IMG/VR virus record: IMGVR_UViG_3300045988_166944
Source of the DNA: a virus
Length of the DNA stretch: 59,806 nt
Direction: 5' to 3' (one strand)
The number at the start of each line of letters is the position of its first letter. Position 1 is the stretch's first letter. Positions 15,493 to 24,367 of the stretch are shown here, piece by piece. The notes beneath the pieces were generated by a model that searched no databases, was not told the origin of the DNA, and worked only from the letters and a program-made list of their open reading frames with translations. Made by a program: the position numbers and the translations under genes.

Positions 15493-16591
15493 CCAATATT
15501 CCATCTTCCCGAAGGTTGCAAACGATGCAACAACCGAACCCATGTTTTTGGGTAATAACATCAACGTTCAGCGTTATGACAAGCAGAAGTATGAGTTTTT
15601 CGACAAAATGTACGAGAAGCAAATCAGCTTCTTCTGGCGACCCGATGAGGTTGATTTGAGCCGCGACCGAATCGACTTCGGTAAACTCAGCGATGCCGAG
15701 AAGCATATCTTCACCAGTAACCTGAAATACCAAACCCTTCTCGATTCGATTCAAGGGCGTAGCCCGTCGGTAGCGTTCCTGCCGCTCGTATCTCTGCCTG
15801 AAATCGAAGAGTTTATCAACGCATGGGTCTTTTTCGAAGGCATCCACTCTCGAAGCTATACGCACATTATCCGCAATGTGTACCCGAACCCGTCGACAGT
15901 CCTTGACGACATCATGGTGAACGAGGCAATCATGCGGCGCGCCAAGGTTATCGGTGATTATTACGACGACCTGATTCAATACTCGATGCACATGCTCATG
16001 GGTCAGGAATATGACCGCAAAGAACTCAAACGCCGTTTGTTGTTGTGCATGGTCTGCGTGAATGTGCTGGAAGCCATCCGTTTCTACGTTTCGTTCGCCT
16101 GCTCGTTCGCCTTCGCCGAGCGCGAGTTGATGGAGGGTAATGCTAAGATTATCAAATTGATTGCCCGTGATGAAGCCTTGCATTTGTCAGTAACACAGAC
16201 CATTCTCAACTACTGGCGAACTGGTGAGGATGACCCTGAGATGGCGACTCTCTGGGTTGAGCATCGGGACGAGATTGTGAAAATCTTCGAAACCGCGGCC
16301 GCGCAGGAAAAAGAATGGGCTGACTATTTGTTCAAAGATGGCTCTATGCTGGGTCTGAACAAAGACATTCTGAACAATTACGTTGAGTTCATCACCAACC
16401 AGCGTATGCGTGCAATCGGGCTTGATATGTTGTTCCCGAATTCCACGCAGAATCCAATCTCATGGATTAACGCATGGTTATCCTCTGACAACGTACAGGT
16501 TGCGCCACAAGAGGTTGAAATCTCCTCTTATCTGATTGGTCAGATTGACGCAGAAGTGAGCGCGGATGACTTGTCTGATATGACCATCTAA
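15455..16591 (+). CDS. nrdB: Class Ia ribonucleotide reductase beta subunit
   Basis: Near-collinear with E. coli NrdB as I recall it: [83 protein letters not shown] and [21 protein letters not shown] at 15479 is an alternative start. Confidence 0.95.
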   Translation: MIKRKVFAVNSNNQYSIFPKVANDATTEPMFLGNNINVQRYDKQKYEFFDKMYEKQISFFWRPDEVDLSRDRIDFGKLSDAEKHIFTSNLKYQTLLDSIQGRSPSVAFLPLVSLPEIEEFINAWVFFEGIHSRSYTHIIRNVYPNPSTVLDDIMVNEAIMRRAKVIGDYYDDLIQYSMHMLMGQEYDRKELKRRLLLCMVCVNVLEAIRFYVSFACSFAFAERELMEGNAKIIKLIARDEALHLSVTQTILNYWRTGEDDPEMATLWVEHRDEIVKIFETAAAQEKEWADYLFKDGSMLGLNKDILNNYVEFITNQRMRAIGLDMLFPNSTQNPISWINAWLSSDNVQVAPQEVEISSYLIGQIDAEVSADDLSDMTI

Positions 16592-16596
16592 TCGAC

Positions 16597-16635
16597 AAAC
16601 CCTCGGTTTAGCAGTAAACTGAGGGTTCTTTTTTT
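16597..16635 (+). terminator. Rho-independent terminator after nrdB
   Basis: A 13-bp stem aaccctcggttta / taaactgagggtt followed by T8. Confidence 0.85.
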
Positions 16636-16653
16636 TGTAAAAGGATAATCAAT

Positions 16654-17415
16654 ATGAATACTTACAGAACACCTATGCTGAGTGAATCCCAGCGCGCGGC
16701 GGCTCGTGACGTGGACGTTGCATGGATTCAGGCATGGTTAAACGTAAACTGTGGTACTAATCTGGAAGTCGATGGTGTGTGGGGTACGTCCTCTCGCGCC
16801 GAATTCATTTCAGCCATGACCTGCCGTAACGCCAAAGCGATTACCGACGAGGAATTGAACTCATTGGTTCGCCGACTGGGTGATGTGAGCGACAAACGCA
16901 TCAAAGCAATCGCCAAAGTTGAAAGCGCGGGCAGTGGTTGGTTCGACAGCGGTCTGCCGAAGATTCTCTATGAACGCCACAAGTTTTGGAAGCATGTGCG
17001 CAAAGCCGTCAACCGTGTAGCTTCTTGGTTCGCCAATTCAGCGGCGGGTGACTACACCATGGATGCGAACCACAACGGTATCAACGATAGCTGGGAGAAA
17101 CTCTCACTGGCAATCGGTAAAGAGCCGTTGGCGGCATTGATGAGCGTGTCCATCGGTAAGTTCCAAGTGATGGGTGAATACTATGCACAATGCGACTACA
17201 ACCATCCGATTGAGATGTTGCACGCGTGTAGCCGTAGCGAAATGGCGCAGTACGAGTTGCTGGTGTCTTACATTCTGAACGTAGCCAAAATTCTGCCCGC
17301 CTACAATATGCTCTCAACCAATCCAGAAAGATGCCGCGCATTTGCACGCGCGTATAACGGTGCTGGTTACGAGAAGAACCGCTATCACGTTAAATTGGCG
17401 GAAGCGATGAAATGA
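16654..17415 (+). CDS. Endolysin: PG-binding domain plus DUF3380-type N-acetylmuramidase
   Basis: The N-terminal WIQAWLNVN...EVDGVWG pattern is PG_binding_1-like. The C-terminal part has KAIAKVESAGSGWF, ILYERHKFWK, GKFQVMG and ARAYNGAGYEKNRY. Confidence 0.8.
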   Translation: MNTYRTPMLSESQRAAARDVDVAWIQAWLNVNCGTNLEVDGVWGTSSRAEFISAMTCRNAKAITDEELNSLVRRLGDVSDKRIKAIAKVESAGSGWFDSGLPKILYERHKFWKHVRKAVNRVASWFANSAAGDYTMDANHNGINDSWEKLSLAIGKEPLAALMSVSIGKFQVMGEYYAQCDYNHPIEMLHACSRSEMAQYELLVSYILNVAKILPAYNMLSTNPERCRAFARAYNGAGYEKNRYHVKLAEAMK

Positions 17416-17804
17416 TGAAAATAGACCCAAGTCCGTTGGTAAAACTCATTGTTGTGTTGGCGGTAGCGGCTGTGCTGTTCGCTTTTGAGCAATACCGCGT
17501 AGCAAGGCTTGTAGACGCTGCGTACACGAGCGGTAAGACCGATGCCTATGCGAAGGTATTGTCTGACACCAAAAAGCTCTCTGAGAGCCTCTCTGAGAGC
17601 TTGGGCGCAGAGTTTGACAAGCACAACGCCTACATCATGCAATCTATTAACGAAGAAAGGATACAGCGAAATGAAGTCGCAAAACTGCTTAGTACAGGGG
17701 TGTATGTTGATGGTAATTGCCATGAGTATGCTGGTATCAGCCTGCTCAACGACAAAATCCGAAGCCGTTATATCCAACCTAACGCTCCCGCCTCTACCAA
17801 GTAA
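17412..17804 (+). CDS. i-spanin (Rz-like)
   Basis: An N-terminal transmembrane segment LVKLIVVLAVAAVLFAF followed by a charged periplasmic domain. It sits directly after the endolysin. Confidence 0.7.
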   Translation: MMKIDPSPLVKLIVVLAVAAVLFAFEQYRVARLVDAAYTSGKTDAYAKVLSDTKKLSESLSESLGAEFDKHNAYIMQSINEERIQRNEVAKLLSTGVYVDGNCHEYAGISLLNDKIRSRYIQPNAPASTK

Positions 17805-17976
17805 TGTAACCGCGCCATGCGCCCCGTTGGAAGAAATCACCGATTTGAGCGCAAAAGCCAATTATTTGTGGCAATTTGACACAATTACCAAGTATAATGA
17901 GTGTTCCGCGTCGAAAGACGCACTCGTTAATGTTTACAACACTATTAAGGACAAACTAAATGAAGACCGTAAATAA
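17671..17976 (+). CDS. o-spanin (Rz1-like lipoprotein), overlapping the i-spanin gene
   Basis: ATG at 17671 with an AAGAAAGGA RBS. Lipobox MSMLVSAC followed by the Pro-rich stretch LPPLPSNVTAPCAP. It is in the +1 frame relative to the i-spanin. Confidence 0.7.
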   Translation: MKSQNCLVQGCMLMVIAMSMLVSACSTTKSEAVISNLTLPPLPSNVTAPCAPLEEITDLSAKANYLWQFDTITKYNECSASKDALVNVYNTIKDKLNEDRK

Positions 17977-18265
17977 AGAAACCTTCATCAACATGTTGAT
18001 GAAGAACGCCGATGTAAGCAAAGCGGAGGTGACCGCCCAATACAACAACTTCATCAAAACTCTGGACGAAGCCCTGTTGACTGGTAAGACCGTGCTGATT
18101 GGCGATATTTGCCGTGTGACGGCGACTATGCGCAAAGGCGGTAAGGGTATCAACCCTCAGACTGGCGACATCGTTGACCGCAAAGATTGCCCGCGCATTA
18201 AATGCACCGTGTCAAGCATGTTCGCGCCGAAAATCGAAAAAGCCGTCGCCGCTGGTGACAAATAA
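17960..18265 (+). CDS. HU/IHF-like DNA-binding protein
   Basis: GKTVLIGDICRVTATMRKGGKGINPQTGDIV...PRIKCTVSSMF follows the HU fold pattern (RxGRNPxTG arm). Confidence 0.75.
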   Translation: MKTVNKETFINMLMKNADVSKAEVTAQYNNFIKTLDEALLTGKTVLIGDICRVTATMRKGGKGINPQTGDIVDRKDCPRIKCTVSSMFAPKIEKAVAAGDK

Positions 18266-18303
18266 AATAAAGCCCTACGATTCGAAAACCGTAGGGCTTT
18301 AAC
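18266..18303. terminator. Bidirectional terminator at the convergence of the + and - transcription blocks
   Basis: An 11-bp stem aaagccctacg / cgtagggcttt. The flank is A-rich on one side, which gives a T-run for the minus strand. Confidence 0.75.
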
Positions 18304-18340
18304 CCACTCAAACAAAGGAAAATATCAGATTTAGGTGAAT

Positions 18341-18697
18341 CTAATTGTAATCGTCTTTTTCATGTTCGTCAATACCGAACCATCTCCAAAGTTTCCGTCT
18401 AATTCCATCGGTGATGGTATCTACCAAGTCTTTAATGAAATCGGGCAGCAGGGCGTTAAATGTCAGAAGCACGTCATCTGCGATGTAACCGATAACCCAT
18501 CCAACCGTGGCGGACTTCATAACCGTACTGCCTACCATCCAAGTCTCAATCACAGCGGCGGTACTCAGTATCGCCGTGATAAGTACCAAGATGTAAACTC
18601 GATACCCGACTTCTTTAATTGATACCCCTATCAACACGGCGATTGCCGCCGCTATCATGCCAACTATTGTATTTAAGTTGAGTATTTCGTTCCACAT
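18341..18697 (-). CDS. Candidate holin (118 aa, about 3 transmembrane segments, charged C-terminus)
   Basis: Hydrophobic segments IVGMIAAAIAVLIGV, VYILVLITAILSTAAVI and ATVGWVIGYIA, then RRKLWRWFGIDEHEKDD. No other holin-like gene lies next to the endolysin. Confidence 0.45.
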   Translation of the reverse strand: MWNEILNLNTIVGMIAAAIAVLIGVSIKEVGYRVYILVLITAILSTAAVIETWMVGSTVMKSATVGWVIGYIADDVLLTFNALLPDFIKDLVDTITDGIRRKLWRWFGIDEHEKDDYN

Positions 18698-18703
18698 TAT
18701 TCC

Positions 18704-19129
18704 TTACCCCTGTAATCGGTGTAGCTCACGATTACGTTTTCCCATGTGGCGACCCGCAACAATTATCAGGATGCCCCAAAGAGGGTAGGTAATCATGAAC
18801 CCATTCAAGGGCGGATATCCTGCGAGGAATGCCCAGCCCATCAGCAAAATCAAGAACCCTGATAATTGTAACATTAAATCACTAACCAATCTGCATTTAA
18901 TACATTTGGTATTTAACAGCAGAGCGGTGTTTATGATAACTCCCGCGATATTAGCCGATAACCAGAACCACCAGTCATGTCTGCTCACTTGGTAAAAGTT
19001 TGGCATCGCACCATCATTGACGTGTTTGTCATACAACATGACACATACCGTTGCGAACATGACAAGTATCGTGAATAGCTTTATTTCGGTTGCAAAATGT
19101 ACAACCACCCATTGTTTTATGGATTTCAT
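18704..19129 (-). CDS. Integral membrane protein (141 aa, about 4 transmembrane segments)
   Basis: ATG at 19129 with an AAGGAAG RBS. It has four hydrophobic segments. Function unknown. Confidence 0.55.
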   Translation of the reverse strand: MKSIKQWVVVHFATEIKLFTILVMFATVCVMLYDKHVNDGAMPNFYQVSRHDWWFWLSANIAGVIINTALLLNTKCIKCRLVSDLMLQLSGFLILLMGWAFLAGYPPLNGFMITYPLWGILIIVAGRHMGKRNRELHRLQG

Positions 19130-19146
19130 TCTAGTCTTCCTTGACG

Positions 19147-19194
19147 AAAAAAAAAGCATCTAACCCGAATCATAATAGCACAGGTTAAATGCTT
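19147..19194 (-). terminator. Rho-independent terminator after the tail fibre gene
   Basis: On the minus strand, stem aagcatttaacc / ggttagatgctt (one mismatch) followed by T9. Confidence 0.75.
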
Positions 19195-19198
19195 CATT

Positions 19199-22100
19199 CT
19201 AGTCTTCCTCTTCGTTGACTACCGTTTCAACAATCCATCGGAACTTTTGCCAAGACTTCAGGTTGTCGCGCATCGTTTCCAACTCGAACCCGACTGCGGC
19301 GGGAAATGCCCGTCTGGTAATCCGATTGGAAATCCTTCGTATCTCGGCGGCACTGAGGACTCTGTTGTATAGCACAAAGTCGTGTATTGCCGAATCCCTG
19401 CTGGCAAAAGAGTCGTATGTTAGGTTATGACAAACACCCAGATACGCAGGAAACTCAAGTGGTAATTCGTACAACCAACGGTCTCTTTCTTGGAGGTTGT
19501 ACTCTGGCTTAGTATCTGATTGGGCGAACATCAAACGACCCAAGCCATTTCTCAGATGACTAGACCCTACTCTGATAAACATGGCGTTTGCGGGTGTTGT
19601 GAATATCACAGAGCGTTCCTTTAAACCGTTCGAATTCAATGAGTAGGAGGTATGTTTAACCACGTCGCTAATAGGTCGCTTATTTGCATCGTAGATTTGA
19701 TAAAACAGCACCCCGTTATCCTTCTGAGTATTTATTTCGGCGGAAAGCGAGTATTTCGTGTTAGGAGATACTCCGATAATATCCGATACGAGTTGAAGTT
19801 CTCCGATGCCGAAAAGGTCATCGGTTCTACTGCGAGCGATTTGATTTGCCTCACGAATGCTGAATAAATTCTCAGCCCCAGACGGATTGTATAGGAATCT
19901 AACAGGTGTTTCCTTATTAATAAGGCGCACACCGTCGAGGAATGCTTCCATGCGACCTTCATTCAGGTTTAGCGTTACCGCAACGTCGTGAAAATCACCA
20001 TCGAATCGTTTGGGCGGGATTACAAATCCATTCAAATATGCAGGCGAGTCTCCTCCAACCGAAACGCTCATTAAACCACGCTCGATAGCGAGAGCAAACC
20101 GCTGAGTTGCTACTTCCCTCACATCATCGCCAATCTCTCCTATTGTGAAGATTGGTATGACGCTGTTGGCTGTCAGCTTCACTCGGACTATTACTGTGAA
20201 CGTGTTCGAGTTGAGCGCGTCATCAAACGGAATCTCTATGTAATTGTTTAAACCGAGTGAGGGTAGACGAGTACCTTCAATCGCCCCCGCTACAACATCA
20301 TCACTATGAACGACCAGTGGTTTTCTATTAGTCCCCTGAACAGGGAGCTTCGATTCTTTCGACAGGTCGAAGTGATAAACGAGACCTCTTCCCAAATCAC
20401 TCAAATGCAGTTCTGCTTGTTTTGGAATTGGTTCGACTCTCACGTTCCTTATTTCGGTATTTTTTAACTCGTAAATCACACCCGCGTCACCTTCAACCAT
20501 CGGGTCGAACACGCGAAGGTTTGTTGTTTGACCTTCTTCGGGAGTAACCGAACCAGTACCCCAGTATACATTTCTAGGAATCATTTGTTTTCGGTTTCGT
20601 GTTTGCCACGTTATTGTTGCTGGTTTGTTTCGGTCTATCCGCGTCGGATAGAACATATCGTTGATTCTGACAGAGTTCACTGGCGCAGGACGAGCCGCGC
20701 GACCAATAAGTTTGGGAGTTACCCCTGCCGTATCATCGAGATGCGTTTGGCTGCTAACCCCCTGCGATACCGTCTTATAGGTCAGGGTTGAACCAACAGC
20801 GTAGTTGGTTCTGTCCGCCGAGTTGTCAACCGATACAATAAAGCCTAAATCACCAGCAGCGTGGAAATGCGGAAGTGTGTCGAGAATTCCGCGTCTAACA
20901 ATAATTCTGCCATCTGGGTCAATTCTCTCAATACCCATACACTCGTCCCCGATAATGATATACATATCATCGGTTATTTCACTCGGCATGGAATCGAAAC
21001 TGTATGTACCGAAAGAGTCGAGCATCTCCTCAACATCATGCAGCAGTCTGAAAGTGGGGTTAAAACTAACATCGTCTGCTACTTTTTGGAAACGACCGCC
21101 GTTGCTACTGTTGGATGCATACAAATCATAGTTCATAGTAGCCGCTGAAGGCTTCCCCGCCATCGCAAGCATGTATGTAGAGCCTCCATCAACAAGTCGG
21201 ATTACGCTATTGAGGTTCTCAGGAGGTGTTATTGTTTGCAGGTCGTGGTAGGATGCCTCGATAGCGCGGAAGGTTTGTATTGGCTTCACGGTACGAGGTG
21301 TTTGATACAAATAGTCGTTAGCCGTATTGTCCTCAGTTGGCGTGTACGAGGATTTACTTAACCCAAACACATCCTCCATTGCTTCAATCTCGATACTACC
21401 GTCGTCAAATTCACCGCGAACGATTGATGCCACTCGGCATACCATTTTTTCAATACCCAACGCTTTCCATTTCAGAACGAAGACATCTCCGTTTTGCAAT
21501 AGATAATTCAATCGGTTGATTTTTATCGACATTTTAGCGATAGAGCTACTTGTCAGCTTCAATTCGCGTTCGGCAATCAACTCAGCGACATGTTTGGTAT
21601 GTACACCTTTGTATGTTTGGGCTGACGAAATAATACCGCGTTGAATTTCAATCGCAGCAAGGTTCTGCTTAACGAGGACGACATCAGACTCATTACGGTC
21701 TTTGTACGTCAGTACGATTTCGTTCACCCCATCGCCCCATGCAGAACGCTCAAAGCGGCTAACCTCGACGATGGAGTTTTCATCCAGTACGGGGAGTTCG
21801 TCAACGTTGTAATAGTTTCGGATTAGGATGAGTTCGAATTTACCAGTAATCACATTGACTCGGATTACACCATCAATCGTATCGAGAATCTCGGCATTGA
21901 AATCCTCAATCGTTTTCGCGCTGTCCCAAAGGATAGACATACCGAAGCCTTCGTCATAAAGCTTATCTGCTGCCTTCTGAAAACTGTCGTCATCTAAATC
22001 GGATGGGTGATAGCCCATACCCCAGTCATCATTGGTTAGCGTTTTGTAAATGATATGCGCTGGGTTCATATCAAAAACTTTGTGAGAGGTTGTTTGCTCA

Positions 22101-23092
22101 CCCTCTTTAATCTCAACAACACCTCCGTCGATGGCTGCTTTCTCGGCATACCATATGCCATGCGTCCATCCGTTATTGATGGCTTGTACGCGAACCCATA
22201 CAGGCTTGAAATAGGGTGTGTTTCCCCAATAAAACGGCTGGGTGTTAGAGACTGTTTTTGATGATTTAGCGTGTACTTTTCGTCCAAAGAACGCATTCAG
22301 TGGGAATCTGACAGTATGCTCCCCGTTGGGTATATCACTGCCGTGTTCGTTGACTGTCGCAGGTTGGTCAACGAAAATCACCTTAGTTACGCCAGTGGCA
22401 ACGGCTTTGTTGCTACCATACAAGTAGTGATATATATCCAACGGGTCTTTGTCACGTTCAGGTCGATTCCAGTACCTCTTTGGACCGTCATGTCTTTTAA
22501 ACTCAATTCCTCGTCTGTTTCCCGATGTGATTTCCTGTAAATAAGCAGTCACCATTTCGTCTGTTATTTCACCAGTTTCTTTCCCAGCGATTATTTTTAA
22601 TACTTTTACAAAATCCAGTTTTCGGTTATTTTCAATATCTTTCCATTTGTAACCTTGGTTTTTCCCATAAATCCTCCTAGCCACGGATTGAAGGATACCC
22701 TCGTACACTGTCTCGCTGATGGTACTTCTATCCCAATCAAAAGAATTGTTATTTTCATCGGAAACAGAACCTCGATTACCAAACACCAGTGTAAGCAGAC
22801 CGCGTTGGGCGGATGTTTCCCCGCGAAACGCTTCGACATAGGGGTCTAATCCTTGGTCTCGCATTCCCGAATAGATAGTGACTGTGCCTGCGACACCACC
22901 CTCTTTATCCTTTCCACCGAAGAGGTCTTTCTTATCAATCGTAATGGCATTGTCGGTTTCTTGACCAGACCACGTCGACTTCTCCCCAAAAATAAGTTCT
23001 GTTACAAAATCAATAGGGGCATGGCAAATCGTCATCACCATGCCCAAGTAAAATTTATAACCGAGAAACTGAGAACCTGCTTTACGTCCCAT
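19199..23092 (-). CDS. Central tail fibre / host specificity protein (1297 aa)
   Basis: Its size and position as the last tail gene support the call. So does an N-terminus, MGRKAGSQFLGYKFYLGM...GEKSTWSG, typical of J/GTA-type host specificity proteins. The C-terminus has LamG-like blocks. Confidence 0.7.
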   Translation of the reverse strand: MGRKAGSQFLGYKFYLGMVMTICHAPIDFVTELIFGEKSTWSGQETDNAITIDKKDLFGGKDKEGGVAGTVTIYSGMRDQGLDPYVEAFRGETSAQRGLLTLVFGNRGSVSDENNNSFDWDRSTISETVYEGILQSVARRIYGKNQGYKWKDIENNRKLDFVKVLKIIAGKETGEITDEMVTAYLQEITSGNRRGIEFKRHDGPKRYWNRPERDKDPLDIYHYLYGSNKAVATGVTKVIFVDQPATVNEHGSDIPNGEHTVRFPLNAFFGRKVHAKSSKTVSNTQPFYWGNTPYFKPVWVRVQAINNGWTHGIWYAEKAAIDGGVVEIKEGEQTTSHKVFDMNPAHIIYKTLTNDDWGMGYHPSDLDDDSFQKAADKLYDEGFGMSILWDSAKTIEDFNAEILDTIDGVIRVNVITGKFELILIRNYYNVDELPVLDENSIVEVSRFERSAWGDGVNEIVLTYKDRNESDVVLVKQNLAAIEIQRGIISSAQTYKGVHTKHVAELIAERELKLTSSSIAKMSIKINRLNYLLQNGDVFVLKWKALGIEKMVCRVASIVRGEFDDGSIEIEAMEDVFGLSKSSYTPTEDNTANDYLYQTPRTVKPIQTFRAIEASYHDLQTITPPENLNSVIRLVDGGSTYMLAMAGKPSAATMNYDLYASNSSNGGRFQKVADDVSFNPTFRLLHDVEEMLDSFGTYSFDSMPSEITDDMYIIIGDECMGIERIDPDGRIIVRRGILDTLPHFHAAGDLGFIVSVDNSADRTNYAVGSTLTYKTVSQGVSSQTHLDDTAGVTPKLIGRAARPAPVNSVRINDMFYPTRIDRNKPATITWQTRNRKQMIPRNVYWGTGSVTPEEGQTTNLRVFDPMVEGDAGVIYELKNTEIRNVRVEPIPKQAELHLSDLGRGLVYHFDLSKESKLPVQGTNRKPLVVHSDDVVAGAIEGTRLPSLGLNNYIEIPFDDALNSNTFTVIVRVKLTANSVIPIFTIGEIGDDVREVATQRFALAIERGLMSVSVGGDSPAYLNGFVIPPKRFDGDFHDVAVTLNLNEGRMEAFLDGVRLINKETPVRFLYNPSGAENLFSIREANQIARSRTDDLFGIGELQLVSDIIGVSPNTKYSLSAEINTQKDNGVLFYQIYDANKRPISDVVKHTSYSLNSNGLKERSVIFTTPANAMFIRVGSSHLRNGLGRLMFAQSDTKPEYNLQERDRWLYELPLEFPAYLGVCHNLTYDSFASRDSAIHDFVLYNRVLSAAEIRRISNRITRRAFPAAVGFELETMRDNLKSWQKFRWIVETVVNEEED

Positions 23093-23295
23093 TACACACC
23101 TTCTTTCGCTTCGCGTTGTTTAGCGGCGGCGATGGCATTTTTCACATTAATGTCATCAATATGTTCGATTTTGGCGGCATCAATACCATTCTCCAAAAAA
23201 TCCCACCAGTCTACGCCGTATCTGTCTACCAAGTATTTTGCGCCAGTGTGACACGTTTCGCATGCCAGCACATCATCAATTTTAACAATAGTCAT
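23092..23295 (-). CDS. Small tail-module protein (67 aa)
   Basis: Its stop overlaps the fibre start (TAATG). No motif was recognised. Confidence 0.5.
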   Translation of the reverse strand: MTIVKIDDVLACETCHTGAKYLVDRYGVDWWDFLENGIDAAKIEHIDDINVKNAIAAAKQREAKEGV

Positions 23296-23519
23296 GATTT
23301 AATTTCCTCTGTTTTAGGGTCAAAGTAGTCAATCACCTGTGGGTTCTTGACGAGTATTGTGCCAAAGACAACGGGAATGCTTGTACCTTCTTTGGCAGTC
23401 GGTATTTCTGGGTTGTCTGGAGCAGGCGTACTGCCTGTACCCATGCGTTTTGCGGAATAATAACTGATTGCCACGGAGATAACCATCATCACCATAGCAG
23501 CAATGAATTGAAATGCCAT
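23292..23519 (-). CDS. Small tail-module protein with an N-terminal transmembrane helix (75 aa)
   Basis: FIAAMVMMVISVAISYY is a hydrophobic segment. Confidence 0.5.
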   Translation of the reverse strand: MAFQFIAAMVMMVISVAISYYSAKRMGTGSTPAPDNPEIPTAKEGTSIPVVFGTILVKNPQVIDYFDPKTEEIKS

Positions 23520-23529
23520 TTAGATTCCT

Positions 23530-24366
23530 TTAGTAAATGTTTGAATTTTGGAAAGGGTTTGCAATCGGAATAAACGGTTGACCACCATAATTGATGATAT
23601 TCTGGAACTTATTCCGACACGTTGTATGCGTATGGTCGCATCCAGCATATGCTGTTACCGAAGTAACCCCTCCTGCGAGACCCAGTGGTGGGATACTCAA
23701 CGTCAACGTTGAGCCTGTTGACTCAACAATATGTCGTCGTTCAATAACACCGTTAACGCTGTTGACGTATGAAATGTAGCCCCCAGCAAACCAGTTATCG
23801 GGTTTGCCGCTCTTGAATGACACAACAGTATCAACGACAGACCCAGCGACTTCTGTGACCGAGTAATCCTCTTTTCGAACAGTACAGTTTTTTCCATACA
23901 GGGCATGGGAGCAACCGCGACTGAATTTGCGGGTCACGCCGATACGCATCAGGGACGAGAAAATACTCTCTCCAATCAGGATTATTTCGTCATTTTCCCA
24001 TGCTACATTGGTGATACGACCCTTCCATACTACCACGGTCATCAGTTCTGGCGCAATAAGCCCAAGCTCGGCGTGATACTGTCTGATTGTGACTGTAACA
24101 GGCTCGCTCGGCGGCGTGGCTTTAAATACATCACCGAGCGAGGTGTTGCGCCCCGTGCGTATATCGAGACTTGCTTTCGTTGAATCCCCCACGTCCTCAA
24201 TCTCACCACGTTTAATGGGTACAGCCTTGTAAATCTTACCTTCGAACTCTACGTCCTCAACGTCGGTGGTGAATGTCCAGACACCGCCTGTGAAGGCAAT
24301 ATCGTACAGTTCGACGGGAGTACCACTTTCCGCCGATGTTTCATAACCATGATAATCCTCTGCCAT
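23530..24366 (-). CDS. Tail hub protein, DUF2163/BR0599-like
   Basis: The C-terminal CDHTHTTCRNKFQNIINYGGQPFIP matches the BR0599 signature I recall from GTA-like tail genes. N-terminal LYDIAFTGG...FEGKIYKAVPIKRGEI is also present. Confidence 0.65.
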   Translation of the reverse strand: MAEDYHGYETSAESGTPVELYDIAFTGGVWTFTTDVEDVEFEGKIYKAVPIKRGEIEDVGDSTKASLDIRTGRNTSLGDVFKATPPSEPVTVTIRQYHAELGLIAPELMTVVVWKGRITNVAWENDEIILIGESIFSSLMRIGVTRKFSRGCSHALYGKNCTVRKEDYSVTEVAGSVVDTVVSFKSGKPDNWFAGGYISYVNSVNGVIERRHIVESTGSTLTLSIPPLGLAGGVTSVTAYAGCDHTHTTCRNKFQNIINYGGQPFIPIANPFQNSNIY

Positions 24367-24367
24367 T

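Noticed and set aside
15485-16183. A 232-aa minus-strand ORF opposite nrdB
   Set aside because: It is the mirror frame of a highly conserved NrdB coding sequence and has no independent support.
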